Source of the DNA: Candidatus Sumerlaeaceae bacterium
Lineage (GTDB): Bacteria > Sumerlaeota > Sumerlaeia > Sumerlaeales > Sumerlaeaceae
Length of the DNA: 64,000 nt
Assembly: GCA_051003195.1 (NCBI GenBank)
Contig: JBPCLP010000011.1
Coordinates: 64,001 to 128,000, forward strand
Direction: 5' to 3'
Under the pieces are notes generated by a model. That model saw only the letters and a list, made by a program, of their open reading frames with translations. It was not told the origin of the DNA and searched no databases. A program made the translations under genes and the position numbers. Numbering within the stretch: the first letter of the stretch is position 1; the number at the start of each line of letters is the position of its first letter. Shown here piece by piece: positions 49,360-58,880 of this stretch.

Positions 49360-50172
49360 TTACAAAAACTTCACAGCCTGGTAATCCGGCTGGATGTTGA
49401 TCCCGTGCTTAAAATCCCGGTCTCGCTCAGGATCGTAGCCCGCCATCACCCACAGGAACACGCTCTTATATCCAGGCGCTGCCGCGGTCGGGTGATATCC
49501 GCCCGGTATCGTGACGCAGTCACCGTCCTGCACCACTTTCGCGAACTCCATTTCCTGTACGGACGAATATACGAACTGCACACTGAACGCCGGTTTCGGC
49601 ATATCGAAGAATAGATAAAACTCCTCCTTGCTTGTGGCATGCTCATGCGGCGGCCAGCTTGTCCAGGCGCTGGGAGTGCCGACCGTAAAGCCGGCCAGCA
49701 GCCGTGATGCTTTGACGTTGTGACCCAGCATATTGAAAATACGGCGCCTGGTTCCCAGCTCTTCCGTGCCGACATCGAAGTAATATTCCGCGTTGTCCTT
49801 TACGTCCTCGAAGCGCACCAGCTGCGGTGTGCCGTCGATGTGCGACGGACTGGAGGACAGCACGAGGTCGGCACCGCTGTCGCCCGAGATCTGTGCCTCT
49901 GTGTTGCGCGGAACATACAGCATATCGCACTGCGCGAGCTCGTACGTCTGCGCGCCTACGCTCACCACCACCTTCGGCTTGATGCAGAAGAGTATCCACT
50001 CTTTATCGCTGGCTGCAATTGTATGCGACCGCGCGCTGGCGGTGAAGATCATGCGGCCATAGCCAAGGTAACGCAGATCGCCCGTCTCGGGCGAGAAGAA
50101 TTCTTTATAGCCTTCGTGATTTTGTGTTTTCCTGAACACCTTCGGTTCAATGTCCAGTCCAAGTTCTGCCAT
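49360..50172 (-). CDS. IolB/KduI family cupin isomerase (5-deoxy-glucuronate isomerase-like)
   Basis: WTSWPPHEH..KEEFY, IPGGYHP..AAPGY. Confidence 0.82.
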   Translation of the reverse strand: MAELGLDIEPKVFRKTQNHEGYKEFFSPETGDLRYLGYGRMIFTASARSHTIAASDKEWILFCIKPKVVVSVGAQTYELAQCDMLYVPRNTEAQISGDSGADLVLSSSPSHIDGTPQLVRFEDVKDNAEYYFDVGTEELGTRRRIFNMLGHNVKASRLLAGFTVGTPSAWTSWPPHEHATSKEEFYLFFDMPKPAFSVQFVYSSVQEMEFAKVVQDGDCVTIPGGYHPTAAAPGYKSVFLWVMAGYDPERDRDFKHGINIQPDYQAVKFL

Positions 50173-50213
50173 GGTACTTCTTTCCTTTCAGAGGCCGCGG
50201 GTAGTGCGGCGGG

Positions 50214-51341
50214 TCAGTCCTGAATCTTTACCTGTGGTTGCAGGCGCTGCACGCGCGCCATGTAATCCCGGAATTCCTCGGCCGATTTTACAGCATCCGG
50301 TTGTTTGAACCAGTTCGCCACGTACCGATACGTCGCCTTGCCTTCAGGAGCTTTCAAGCGCATGTAAAGGCTTACCGGATCCATGTTCACGCCGTCAATG
50401 ATCTCGGGGTTCGCAGTTACGCCGAGGCCAAGGTTGCCGGAATGAGGCTTCTGTCCGTCGCCGAGCGCCTGGTTGCCCCACGTTCCTGCCACGCCAAGCT
50501 TCTGGTATTTTATCAGTTGTGCACCGGGGTGCTGCACAACGCCCGCGACCAACTCGGGAGGTGGTTTATTGTCGTTGGCTTTAATTGTGAGTTGGCACTC
50601 GGCCCAGGTTTGCCCGGCATAGATGAGTTGACGTGCGGTCAGGTCGAGCTTGCGGCCGCTGCTGGTCGTCCAGTCGGTAAATAAAAAATCGCAAACCGCA
50701 CGAATAGGACCATCGGCGAGCAATTTGAAATCGCGCTTTGCATCGGCGACTTTGACGACATTCTTTTCATCGAGCACGCCAAACCCCCCAATACCCAGGG
50801 CCGTACCCACCTTCAGGACATCCATGCCCCACTTGCTGCTGTTGTGGTAGTCCATTCCTTTGGATGCAAATGCCTCCAGGGAAAGCACGGGTTCCGTTTT
50901 GCAGAAAACATCTGTCGCGTTGCGGCTGTCCCAGTAAATACGAAATGCGATGAGATCGCTTTCCCACCCCGGGCCTTCCATACCCTTCATGGTCGGCGAT
51001 TTGATGTACATACCGGCGTGCGCGCGCGGCGGGGCACTCGTCTCTGGCGCTTCGTTGCTTAGCGTGAACTTTTTCGTCTCGTGCGGCTTAAGTGCTGCCA
51101 GGAAGACAATTTCCTCCGGCTTGCCATCCCCATCCAGATCGTCGGCCTGTACTGCGGATCGGGCTCCGTCTGCCATGGCGCTTTTTACATCGGCGGCCGA
51201 GTTGAGTCGCACGACGACAGGCGCTTCTTTCCAGTCGTCATCCGTGGGATTTGTAACCGACACTGTGGCGGCGGTTGCAAACGAGGCAGCCAACCCAAAC
51301 AAGGCTGTCTGTGCCCGGAACCATGTTTTATATTGCAGCAT
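50214..51341 (-). CDS. DUF4861-like secreted protein
   Basis: QADDLDGDG, GPGWESDLIAFRIY, WGMDVLKVG.ALGIGG, GPIRA. Confidence 0.75.
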   Translation of the reverse strand: MLQYKTWFRAQTALFGLAASFATAATVSVTNPTDDDWKEAPVVVRLNSAADVKSAMADGARSAVQADDLDGDGKPEEIVFLAALKPHETKKFTLSNEAPETSAPPRAHAGMYIKSPTMKGMEGPGWESDLIAFRIYWDSRNATDVFCKTEPVLSLEAFASKGMDYHNSSKWGMDVLKVGTALGIGGFGVLDEKNVVKVADAKRDFKLLADGPIRAVCDFLFTDWTTSSGRKLDLTARQLIYAGQTWAECQLTIKANDNKPPPELVAGVVQHPGAQLIKYQKLGVAGTWGNQALGDGQKPHSGNLGLGVTANPEIIDGVNMDPVSLYMRLKAPEGKATYRYVANWFKQPDAVKSAEEFRDYMARVQRLQPQVKIQD

Positions 51342-51510
51342 TCAATGTCTCCGTTAACTTGTTACCCGTTATTGTTGTGTCGTATGCTGATAGGCAGCGG
51401 TAGCAGGTAAAGACAATTCTTTCACCGTCAAAATAATCGCAACAAACTAATGTTGCCACTTAATTCGAGATGCAGCCAGACCTTCTCCACCCATTCGATA
51501 CGGAGCTCTC

Positions 51511-53217
51511 ATGAAAATTACAGCAGGAGTCTTGATTCTCTGCACTGTGACAGGATTATCCGCACATGCCGAGACGAGCGTTCCGATGCAGCTTTGTTTT
51601 GGCGGCGGCGATCATCCAACCACCGGCGATGTCGAACGGAAGATTGAGGCCGAGAGGGAGTTTGTAAAATATTTACAGCGTGGAAAGGCGACAAGCCACG
51701 AAACGTATGTGCGCTGGAGCATGATCGAGCCCGCCAAAGGGACTTTTGATTTCAAGTTCCAGGATGCTATCCTGGCAGTGGACCAGGCAGCAGGACTGAA
51801 GTGGGTACCGTTTATCGTCCTGTCGCCGGCCTACACGCTTCCGGACTGGTTCTATCATGGCCCTGAAGACGTGGGTTATGTATGCCTGGAGCATGGCAAG
51901 CGATCAGATATCCAGACTCTTTGGAACCCACATCTGCGGCCGCACATCAAGCGCGCCTATGCAGCGTTTGGAAAACACTATGCTAAGAACAAATCGCTGG
52001 AATCTGTGCTGCTTGGAGTTTCCGGCAATTACGGTGAAACGCTTGTACCGGCATCCAACCTCGATTGGACACAGGACCTGCATGGTCCTTATCACACGCA
52101 CGTCGGATGGTGGGTCGGCGACGATTATGCGGTCGCGGATTTTCGAAAGCGCGCCATCCAGGAGTACAAAACAGTGAAGGCTCTCAACCGCGCATGGGGC
52201 ACGACGTTCAGCAAGGAAACCGACATTCGTACCCAGCTGCCTCCGCAGTGGCCTACCACCGCGGCTCGGCAGTTCCAGGCGGAGTGGATGCTTGATTCCA
52301 TGACGGAATACGCCGACTTCTGCATGAAAACGGCAAAAGCAGCCTTACCCAAAACTGACGTTTATCTTGTTGTAGGCGGGCATGCCCCGTCCTACCATGG
52401 ACTGGACATCACTGCGCAAACAGAGGCAGCCGCAAAGCGGGACTGCGGTATCCGCATCACCAACGAAGCGGATCCCTTTCAACTGAACTTCCCCATTACG
52501 CGGATGGTCAGCTCCGCCTGCAGGTTTTATGGGACGTTTTTCAGTTACGAACCGGCGGGCGCGATCAGCTACAAGGGTGTGGCCACACGCTCATTCAATG
52601 CAACGGCCTCCGGTGCCAAATGCCTGCACTGGTATGAGAACAATGTGCGCGAGACCACGCGGGCGCTGGAGGTGTGGGATCGATGCCGTCCTCTTATGCG
52701 CCAGCGTGAGCCCGTTATCGATGTCGCAGTGTTCTATCCCCGCAGGTGGATGAACCTGCAAGGCGATGAGGAGCTTGTGTATATGTACCAGGATTTCGGC
52801 GCCGTGCGCGCTGCGACGGATTACGACTTCCTGGATGAACGACTGCTGAACACCTTCTCGAGCGGAAAGCTGAAGCCTTACAAGTATCTCCTGGTGCGCG
52901 AAGATACCGTTGCAGATGAGATTTCCAGCCGTGCAGTAACTCGTTTCCTGCGCCGTAAGGATGCTCCAAAAGGGATATTCTTTATGCGTGGCCAACCGCA
53001 GGCACCAGATGCACACGGGTGGCTTCAGGGAATTGCAAAAACGGTGCACCCAAACGACGATTATACGTCAGGCATTTACCACGCACGATTCACGGACGGA
53101 TCGCTTCTTTTCCTGAGCGAACTCGATGTAGAGGCGGATCTTTCAAAGACGCATCCTCAAATGGTGAAAAACACGACCGTGCTCCGCCCACGTGAAATGT
53201 TAGAGGTGCGCGAATAG
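51511..53217 (+). CDS. Secreted glycoside hydrolase (GH42/GH14-like TIM barrel)
   Basis: YVRWSMIEP..G.FDF, LPDWF, SGNYGE, LNRAWGT, YEPAG. Confidence 0.72.
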   Translation: MKITAGVLILCTVTGLSAHAETSVPMQLCFGGGDHPTTGDVERKIEAEREFVKYLQRGKATSHETYVRWSMIEPAKGTFDFKFQDAILAVDQAAGLKWVPFIVLSPAYTLPDWFYHGPEDVGYVCLEHGKRSDIQTLWNPHLRPHIKRAYAAFGKHYAKNKSLESVLLGVSGNYGETLVPASNLDWTQDLHGPYHTHVGWWVGDDYAVADFRKRAIQEYKTVKALNRAWGTTFSKETDIRTQLPPQWPTTAARQFQAEWMLDSMTEYADFCMKTAKAALPKTDVYLVVGGHAPSYHGLDITAQTEAAAKRDCGIRITNEADPFQLNFPITRMVSSACRFYGTFFSYEPAGAISYKGVATRSFNATASGAKCLHWYENNVRETTRALEVWDRCRPLMRQREPVIDVAVFYPRRWMNLQGDEELVYMYQDFGAVRAATDYDFLDERLLNTFSSGKLKPYKYLLVREDTVADEISSRAVTRFLRRKDAPKGIFFMRGQPQAPDAHGWLQGIAKTVHPNDDYTSGIYHARFTDGSLLFLSELDVEADLSKTHPQMVKNTTVLRPREMLEVRE

Positions 53218-53339
53218 CCTCCGCGCAATTCAATGCGCCCCGCTATAGCCGCCTTACTCCGTGCTTGACCGCCTGGTAAGCCATCCCCGCCTGAAAGAGG
53301 CGCGGGAACCGGCGGGCAATAAACAGCGCCGCCAGGATC

Positions 53340-54533
53340 TTAAGAACGTTTCCCATTTCCTTCACTCCTTTTGGTCTTTCTTTTAACTTTAGCATTCTGT
53401 TTTGTCACCATCTCTGACAAACGGCTCCTGAGAAAACGCATGACCATCTTCTCATCGGGATCGAGCCCGCTCCCCTTTTCATCCAGTGTTCGCGCCACAC
53501 TCGTCTCCAGGTTCTGCACGAGCGTGCCGTCCAGGTAAGAATCGAAAATCGCCGGGTGAACGTAACATTTGCGGCAAATCGTCGGCGTGTTGCCGAGTCG
53601 CATCGCCACCTTTTCAACGGCTTGCACGATGTTCTTCTTTGCCATGCGCAGCGATGGGGCGTGCTTCATATCACGCAATGCGAGCGCGGCAAGCACCGTC
53701 CCGGCCCACGTGCGAAAATCTTTCGCCGTAAATTTCTCTCCTGTGATCTGCTTAAGGTAAGCGTTCACGTCTGTGGAAGTAACACTGCGGCGATGCCTAT
53801 TTGCGTCGGCGTACTGAAACAGTTCCTGTCCAGGCACGTCCCGGCACTTTTTCACCCTTTTGGCCAGTTCGCAATTATCCATCGCGATATCGTGAACCTT
53901 GCCGCTCTTCCCCTTGAACCGGAACCGGATTTTACATCCGTCCACCTGTACGTGCTTGTCACGCATGGTGGTAAGCCCGAATGAATTGTTATCCCGGGCA
54001 TACTCGGCATTGCCCACCCGGATCAGGGTGGTCTCGAGTAGTCGAACAACAGTAGCGAGCACCTTGTGCCGGTTCAGATCGGGCAGCTTCAAGTCCTCTT
54101 CCACTCGCGCGCGGATCTTTGGCAGCACGCGCCCAAACTCCAGCACGTTCTCGTACTTGCTTTGGTCCTGCGATTCGCGCCACAGCCGGTGATAGCGGTA
54201 CTGCTTGCGCCCGCGGGCATCAATGCCGGTGGCCTGCAGATGGCCGTCTTCGTGTTTGGTAATCCACACGTCCTTCCAGGCGGGCGGAAGCACCAGAGCC
54301 CCAATACGGCGCAGCACAGCTTCGTCCTTTACCACTTTGCCGTTTTCGCCCAGGAAGACGAACTTTCCGCGCTTCTTCACGCGGCGAAAACCCGGCTCGT
54401 CACCGCTCACACAGCGCAGTTTAACAGGGTCGTTTGCGGCCTTCCATACCGCGGGAATTGGCAGGTCCTTCGTCTTGCGTTTTGCTTTTCGGCGAATTGA
54501 AGCAGTTACTGTCGAACCAGTTGCATGTGTCAT
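53340..54533 (-). CDS. DNA topoisomerase IB (bacterial/poxvirus type)
   Basis: LPPAW, GRKQYRY, IRVGN, F.GKSG, KDFRTW, LGNTPTICRKCY; start uncertain. Confidence 0.93.
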   Translation of the reverse strand: MTHATGSTVTASIRRKAKRKTKDLPIPAVWKAANDPVKLRCVSGDEPGFRRVKKRGKFVFLGENGKVVKDEAVLRRIGALVLPPAWKDVWITKHEDGHLQATGIDARGRKQYRYHRLWRESQDQSKYENVLEFGRVLPKIRARVEEDLKLPDLNRHKVLATVVRLLETTLIRVGNAEYARDNNSFGLTTMRDKHVQVDGCKIRFRFKGKSGKVHDIAMDNCELAKRVKKCRDVPGQELFQYADANRHRRSVTSTDVNAYLKQITGEKFTAKDFRTWAGTVLAALALRDMKHAPSLRMAKKNIVQAVEKVAMRLGNTPTICRKCYVHPAIFDSYLDGTLVQNLETSVARTLDEKGSGLDPDEKMVMRFLRSRLSEMVTKQNAKVKRKTKRSEGNGKRS

Positions 54534-54546
54534 GCGGCTAAAACGC

Positions 54547-54561
54547 GCTAAAAGCATGCCA
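54547..54561 (-). promoter_or_regulatory. Candidate sigma-54 promoter TGGCATGCTTTTAGC
   Basis: GG-N10-GC upstream of topoisomerase IB. Confidence 0.45.
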
Positions 54562-54620
54562 CATTGTGGAAAGCTGAAACAGTTAAGATTGAAGCCTTTT
54601 GGCGAGTGTAGACAGGCCGC

Positions 54621-55934
54621 ATGAAAATCCTCGAATACCCACGTCAGCGCAAGGCGGTGCTGCAGGCTTTCGCCGGGGCGGACGAACGGGATAACCGCAA
54701 CCTGAAGCTAGTGCAGCGAATTCTCAACGATGTGCGCGAGCGCGGCGACGAGGCACTGGCGGACTATTCCGAGAAGTTCGATAGAAAGAGGCTGGTCGGC
54801 AAAGCGATGCGCGTGAGTCCGCGTACTTGCCAGGCAGCCTGGAATGCACTGAACAAGGAGCTGGCCGCGGCACTGGAATTTGCCGCGGCAGGTATTCGGG
54901 CTTTTCATCAAAAGCAGGTGCGGAAAGGATTCGTCCTCAAGCGGGGAGGCGTGCGGCTGGAGCAGCGCCTGCGCCCGTTGCAGCGAATCGGCGCGTATGT
55001 ACCGGGCGGCGTAGCCACGTATCCCTCCACAATGCTGATGAACGTAATTGCTGCGCAGGTGGCAGGTGTGCCCGAGATCATTATCGCGACACCTCCGGTC
55101 AAAGGCGATCCGAAGGCGTTTGTCCCATTTGCAGTCGCACACATGCTGGGTGTCTCCGATCGCATTTACCAGGTCGGTGGGGCACAGGCGATCGCGGCGT
55201 TGGCGTACGGCACGCGCACCATTCCCAAAGTGGACAAGGTAGTCGGACCGGGAAATGAGTTCGTCGCGCTCGGCAAGAAGCTGCTGTATGGGACCATCGA
55301 CATCGATTCGGTCGCGGGAAACAGCGAGGTCCTGATCATCGCCGACGCGACAGCATCCGCACGTTACATCGCCGCCGATCTCCTGGCGCAGGCGGAACAC
55401 ACCGGCGGGGAATCCGTTGTCGTTGTGGGTATCGGAAAGAAATTTAATTTCCAAGGCATCGAATGGGAGCTGGAGGCGCAGCTTCAGAATGCGCCCCGCG
55501 CAAAGCAGGCGCGACAATCCCTGGAATCCGGTGGCTTGTTTATTCGTGTTTCCTCAGGCGCCGAGGCGGTGGAGGTGGCAAACCTCAAAGCGCCAGAGCA
55601 CCTGGAGATCATGGCGGCCGGGGCAGAGAAAATCGCAGACAGCATCTACAATGTGGGCGCCATTTTCATTGGGCCGTATACGCCGGAACCGATCGGCGAC
55701 TATGTGGCCGGGCCCAACCACGTGCTTCCGACCGGCGGCACCGCGCGCTTCTTCTCGCCGCTCGGAGTCGATGCGTTTATGAAAGCCAGCAATGTGCTGC
55801 AGTACGGCCGCACGGATTTTCTCAAAGCCGCTCCCCACGTTATTACTTTAGCCGAAAGCGAAGGGCTCTACGCACACGCCGAGAGCATACGGGTGCGGCT
55901 GGAAGAGACCGAAAGTACCAGGAAGAGGAACTGA
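54621..55934 (+). CDS. hisD: Histidinol dehydrogenase
   Basis: YVPGG, GGAQAI, GPGN, DLLAQAEH, APEHL, GDY.AGPNHVLPT. Confidence 0.96.
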   Translation: MKILEYPRQRKAVLQAFAGADERDNRNLKLVQRILNDVRERGDEALADYSEKFDRKRLVGKAMRVSPRTCQAAWNALNKELAAALEFAAAGIRAFHQKQVRKGFVLKRGGVRLEQRLRPLQRIGAYVPGGVATYPSTMLMNVIAAQVAGVPEIIIATPPVKGDPKAFVPFAVAHMLGVSDRIYQVGGAQAIAALAYGTRTIPKVDKVVGPGNEFVALGKKLLYGTIDIDSVAGNSEVLIIADATASARYIAADLLAQAEHTGGESVVVVGIGKKFNFQGIEWELEAQLQNAPRAKQARQSLESGGLFIRVSSGAEAVEVANLKAPEHLEIMAAGAEKIADSIYNVGAIFIGPYTPEPIGDYVAGPNHVLPTGGTARFFSPLGVDAFMKASNVLQYGRTDFLKAAPHVITLAESEGLYAHAESIRVRLEETESTRKRN

Positions 55935-55956
55935 GCAGACCCCAATTCTCTGTGCG

Positions 55957-57015
55957 TCAATGCGGCGCCCGAATCTCTACATTCGCCGGCGGCGGCAAAT
56001 CTGTAATCGGTAACACGCACTTCTGCGCACAGTCTTCAAAGGCTGCCATTTGGCGAAGCTGGCGTTCATGCAATGTCGCGTGACTTAGATATTCTCGCGG
56101 CCATGGCAGCCTCTGCTCCAGTTCATGCTGCTGAGACGCAAGGCGCTGCTTAATGTCGGAAATTGAGTGCGGGGCGTCGACATTCACGCGGTCTGTCGAG
56201 CCTAACCGCACACATCCAAAATCCGTGCTTCCCAACGCGAGGAAAGTCTCCGCATGGTCTGGCCGATCACAAAACTCCACCGTCAGGGGAATTGTTCTAT
56301 CCAGTTCGCGGCGAATGACGGCGGTTGCATCGCGGATTAATTGCGGACTGGCTGACGGACAGATAGACATCGTCGAGTATGGAACGGGCTGAAACGGGAT
56401 CAGTACCATCTGCTGGATGTGACGGTAACGTCGATGGATTCCCGTGATGCGTTGTGCAGCTAGTGCCCAGCTTTCGGGCTGCTCCCCGATACCGATTCGA
56501 ATGCCGGTAACCGTCGGTATATGCAATCGACCGAGCTCCGAAAGCGCTGCCGTTCTTTCCTCCATCGATTTTTGCGGCGCACCTTCGTGCGCGCTCTTGG
56601 CCAGCAGCGAATCATCCGCAGCTTCGAGCAAAAGCCGAACGCTCGAGACCCATTCTGCCAGGAACCGTAGATCGGTAAACGTAAGCCGCCCGACATCCAG
56701 TACAGGAAACAGAACTCGAGGACCGCGAACCTCCAGAGTCGCCTGGCAAAGCGCCTGCAGGTATGCCGACCATTTGGCATAGCCGTAGTAACGCACCGTG
56801 CTCTGGATCTCACGCAGGGATTCAATACCTTCACCCGAAGTCAGCGTGATTTGCGTGGCGCCCAATCGCGCGGCAAGTCGCAAGGTTCGCCTGAACTGTT
56901 TTGGGGACGGCGGAAAAGGCGACGGAGTCTGCGGAAAGTTACAATAACCACACGTAAATACACAACGTCGCGAGAGAACCACCTGGTACTCGGGCACATA
57001 AGTGTAAACAGCCAC
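55957..57015 (-). CDS. Radical SAM protein, CofG-like
   Basis: GTG start with GAGGAG RBS; LSRRCVFTCGYCNF (CxxxCxxC), TSGE, TGIRIGIGE. Confidence 0.72.
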   Translation of the reverse strand: MAVYTYVPEYQVVLSRRCVFTCGYCNFPQTPSPFPPSPKQFRRTLRLAARLGATQITLTSGEGIESLREIQSTVRYYGYAKWSAYLQALCQATLEVRGPRVLFPVLDVGRLTFTDLRFLAEWVSSVRLLLEAADDSLLAKSAHEGAPQKSMEERTAALSELGRLHIPTVTGIRIGIGEQPESWALAAQRITGIHRRYRHIQQMVLIPFQPVPYSTMSICPSASPQLIRDATAVIRRELDRTIPLTVEFCDRPDHAETFLALGSTDFGCVRLGSTDRVNVDAPHSISDIKQRLASQQHELEQRLPWPREYLSHATLHERQLRQMAAFEDCAQKCVLPITDLPPPANVEIRAPH

Positions 57016-57329
57016 AGATTTGTTCTCCTCGCGCACCTGCCTCACAGAACAGATGCCTGCAACATACCAGTTATAGCACGCCTGACGCCAGCCGACCTGA
57101 AAATATCCCTGGTGTGCCGAATCAGAACGCACAACCCCCGATTCGGCATACAGAACTGATTACGAACTAACGGTAGACACAATAGTTGCACCATTTCGCC
57201 ACGGCAGGTCAATAGTTTGCCACCGCTTCCGTACCAATAAATTAGCGGGCGCCGAGTGCTTCTTCGTATTGACACGGACTTTGCGCTGCCGACGCTCGGA
57301 TGCTACGACACACCAGAAGGTAGGTAGTT

Positions 57330-58844
57330 ATGCGCCAGTTGATCGTCTCCATAGGTGCATTCATCGCGCTGCTGAGCGCGTCGAGTTCTGCGGTTGCGCA
57401 GGAGTACGGCGGCTTAACCGGCAGCAATAACAATAGCCTTGGCTCGGGCAGTGGTTCCTCGCGCTCGCGCTCCAATCGGTCCAACTTTGAAAGCTCGAAC
57501 GAGGGCATAACCGATTTCGGCGGCAGCAGCAGGAGCGAGGGTAGATCCAGCAGGCGCAACCGCAATGGCACCCCTACCCCACGGGCGGGTGCAAAGACCG
57601 ATGGCACCCCTGTTCCTGGCAGCAAGGCGACCCCGGGATCGGGAAAAGAACTAAAAAGCGCCAAGGGAAAGAAAGCTCCCAGCGGCAAGAGCAGCAGCAG
57701 CGGAGAGGCGCGCGCCGCCACCAATGTTGAGTTCAAAATGAAGGCCAATCCCTCGACAAACCTGCTCTATATTGAGGGCATAGGTGTGGAGCCGACACTC
57801 AATATTCTCACAACAGAGGGCGAAGAGTTTGTCACGCGCGTGTTTTTTGTGAATGCCCGCGGCTCGCGCTACAAAACGTTCAGCATTGCGCTCAAGTACG
57901 ACCCCTCTATCATTACGCCGGTTGGCATTGATGACAGCGACGTTTCCAGCCTGCTGGAGAATGACGCCGCGGCACATGTTGATGCAAAACGCGGTATTAT
58001 CACCTATAAAGCGGTACTGAAGCAGCCGCGCACCGACCCGGCCAGGACAGTCTTTAAAGTGCAGTGGAAGTCGCTCACCCCGACATCTGACGCAGCTATC
58101 TCGTTTATCAACAACGACAAATTCCGCAGCAATGTGCTGGATGACGAAGAGCACAACGTGCTGCTGCAGCGCGACGAGAGCGGAGAAATTGAAGCGAGTG
58201 ACAAAGCGGGCCTTGTGGATGCAGCCGTTTCTGTAATGCCGTCGGCACAAACCTCACGTGCGCTATCCGATGACGAGGGAAGCTTTTCCGCCATCTCGCT
58301 GGCCAACAACATCAGCCGGGGTACGGCCGAAGGCGGAGTGATCCTTGAACTGCGTCCGCGCCGGCAATCCAGCATTCGCGTCGGCGAAGATTTCCTGGTC
58401 GATCTCGTTTTCTCCAACCCGCGCCACGCCGAACTGGACACCATGAAAGTTAAGCTGCGCTTCGATCCTGCGGTGCTCCAGGTAGTGGACTATGACACCG
58501 ACAACTGGATCACGCGCGGCATCAACTTGTTCGACGGCGATTACCACGACGATCTGCCATTCGATTACCATCGCAAAAACACCGTTTCGAACTCAACCGG
58601 CATCATTGAGTATGACATGGGTTTCGCGGCCCGCGTCAGGGTGCCGGTACAGGGCACGATCGCCACGATACGGATGCGCGCGGTTGCGCCTGCCGCCGCC
58701 ACTCCGATCACCTTTGTATACGACGATACACCCGAGGCGGAGCCCCAAACCGCGGTCACGTTCCTCGGCTTTAACCTCGTCGGTTCACCAGGCGAAAGAG
58801 CCGCCGCCCTGCGCAGCGTAGACGTATCCATCAGCAACCTTTAA
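57330..58844 (+). CDS. Secreted protein with two cohesin-like domains
   Basis: Signal peptide, Ser/Gly-rich linker, LKYDPSII and LRFDPAVLQV motifs. Confidence 0.7.
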   Translation: MRQLIVSIGAFIALLSASSSAVAQEYGGLTGSNNNSLGSGSGSSRSRSNRSNFESSNEGITDFGGSSRSEGRSSRRNRNGTPTPRAGAKTDGTPVPGSKATPGSGKELKSAKGKKAPSGKSSSSGEARAATNVEFKMKANPSTNLLYIEGIGVEPTLNILTTEGEEFVTRVFFVNARGSRYKTFSIALKYDPSIITPVGIDDSDVSSLLENDAAAHVDAKRGIITYKAVLKQPRTDPARTVFKVQWKSLTPTSDAAISFINNDKFRSNVLDDEEHNVLLQRDESGEIEASDKAGLVDAAVSVMPSAQTSRALSDDEGSFSAISLANNISRGTAEGGVILELRPRRQSSIRVGEDFLVDLVFSNPRHAELDTMKVKLRFDPAVLQVVDYDTDNWITRGINLFDGDYHDDLPFDYHRKNTVSNSTGIIEYDMGFAARVRVPVQGTIATIRMRAVAPAAATPITFVYDDTPEAEPQTAVTFLGFNLVGSPGERAAALRSVDVSISNL

Positions 58845-58880
58845 CCGTCCCTCAAACCCTGCTGCAGGAAAGCTTATTGC

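Noticed and set aside
53340..54533. Topoisomerase IB as an integrase or prophage marker
   Set aside because: Motifs fit bacterial TopIB; no att sites or phage genes nearby
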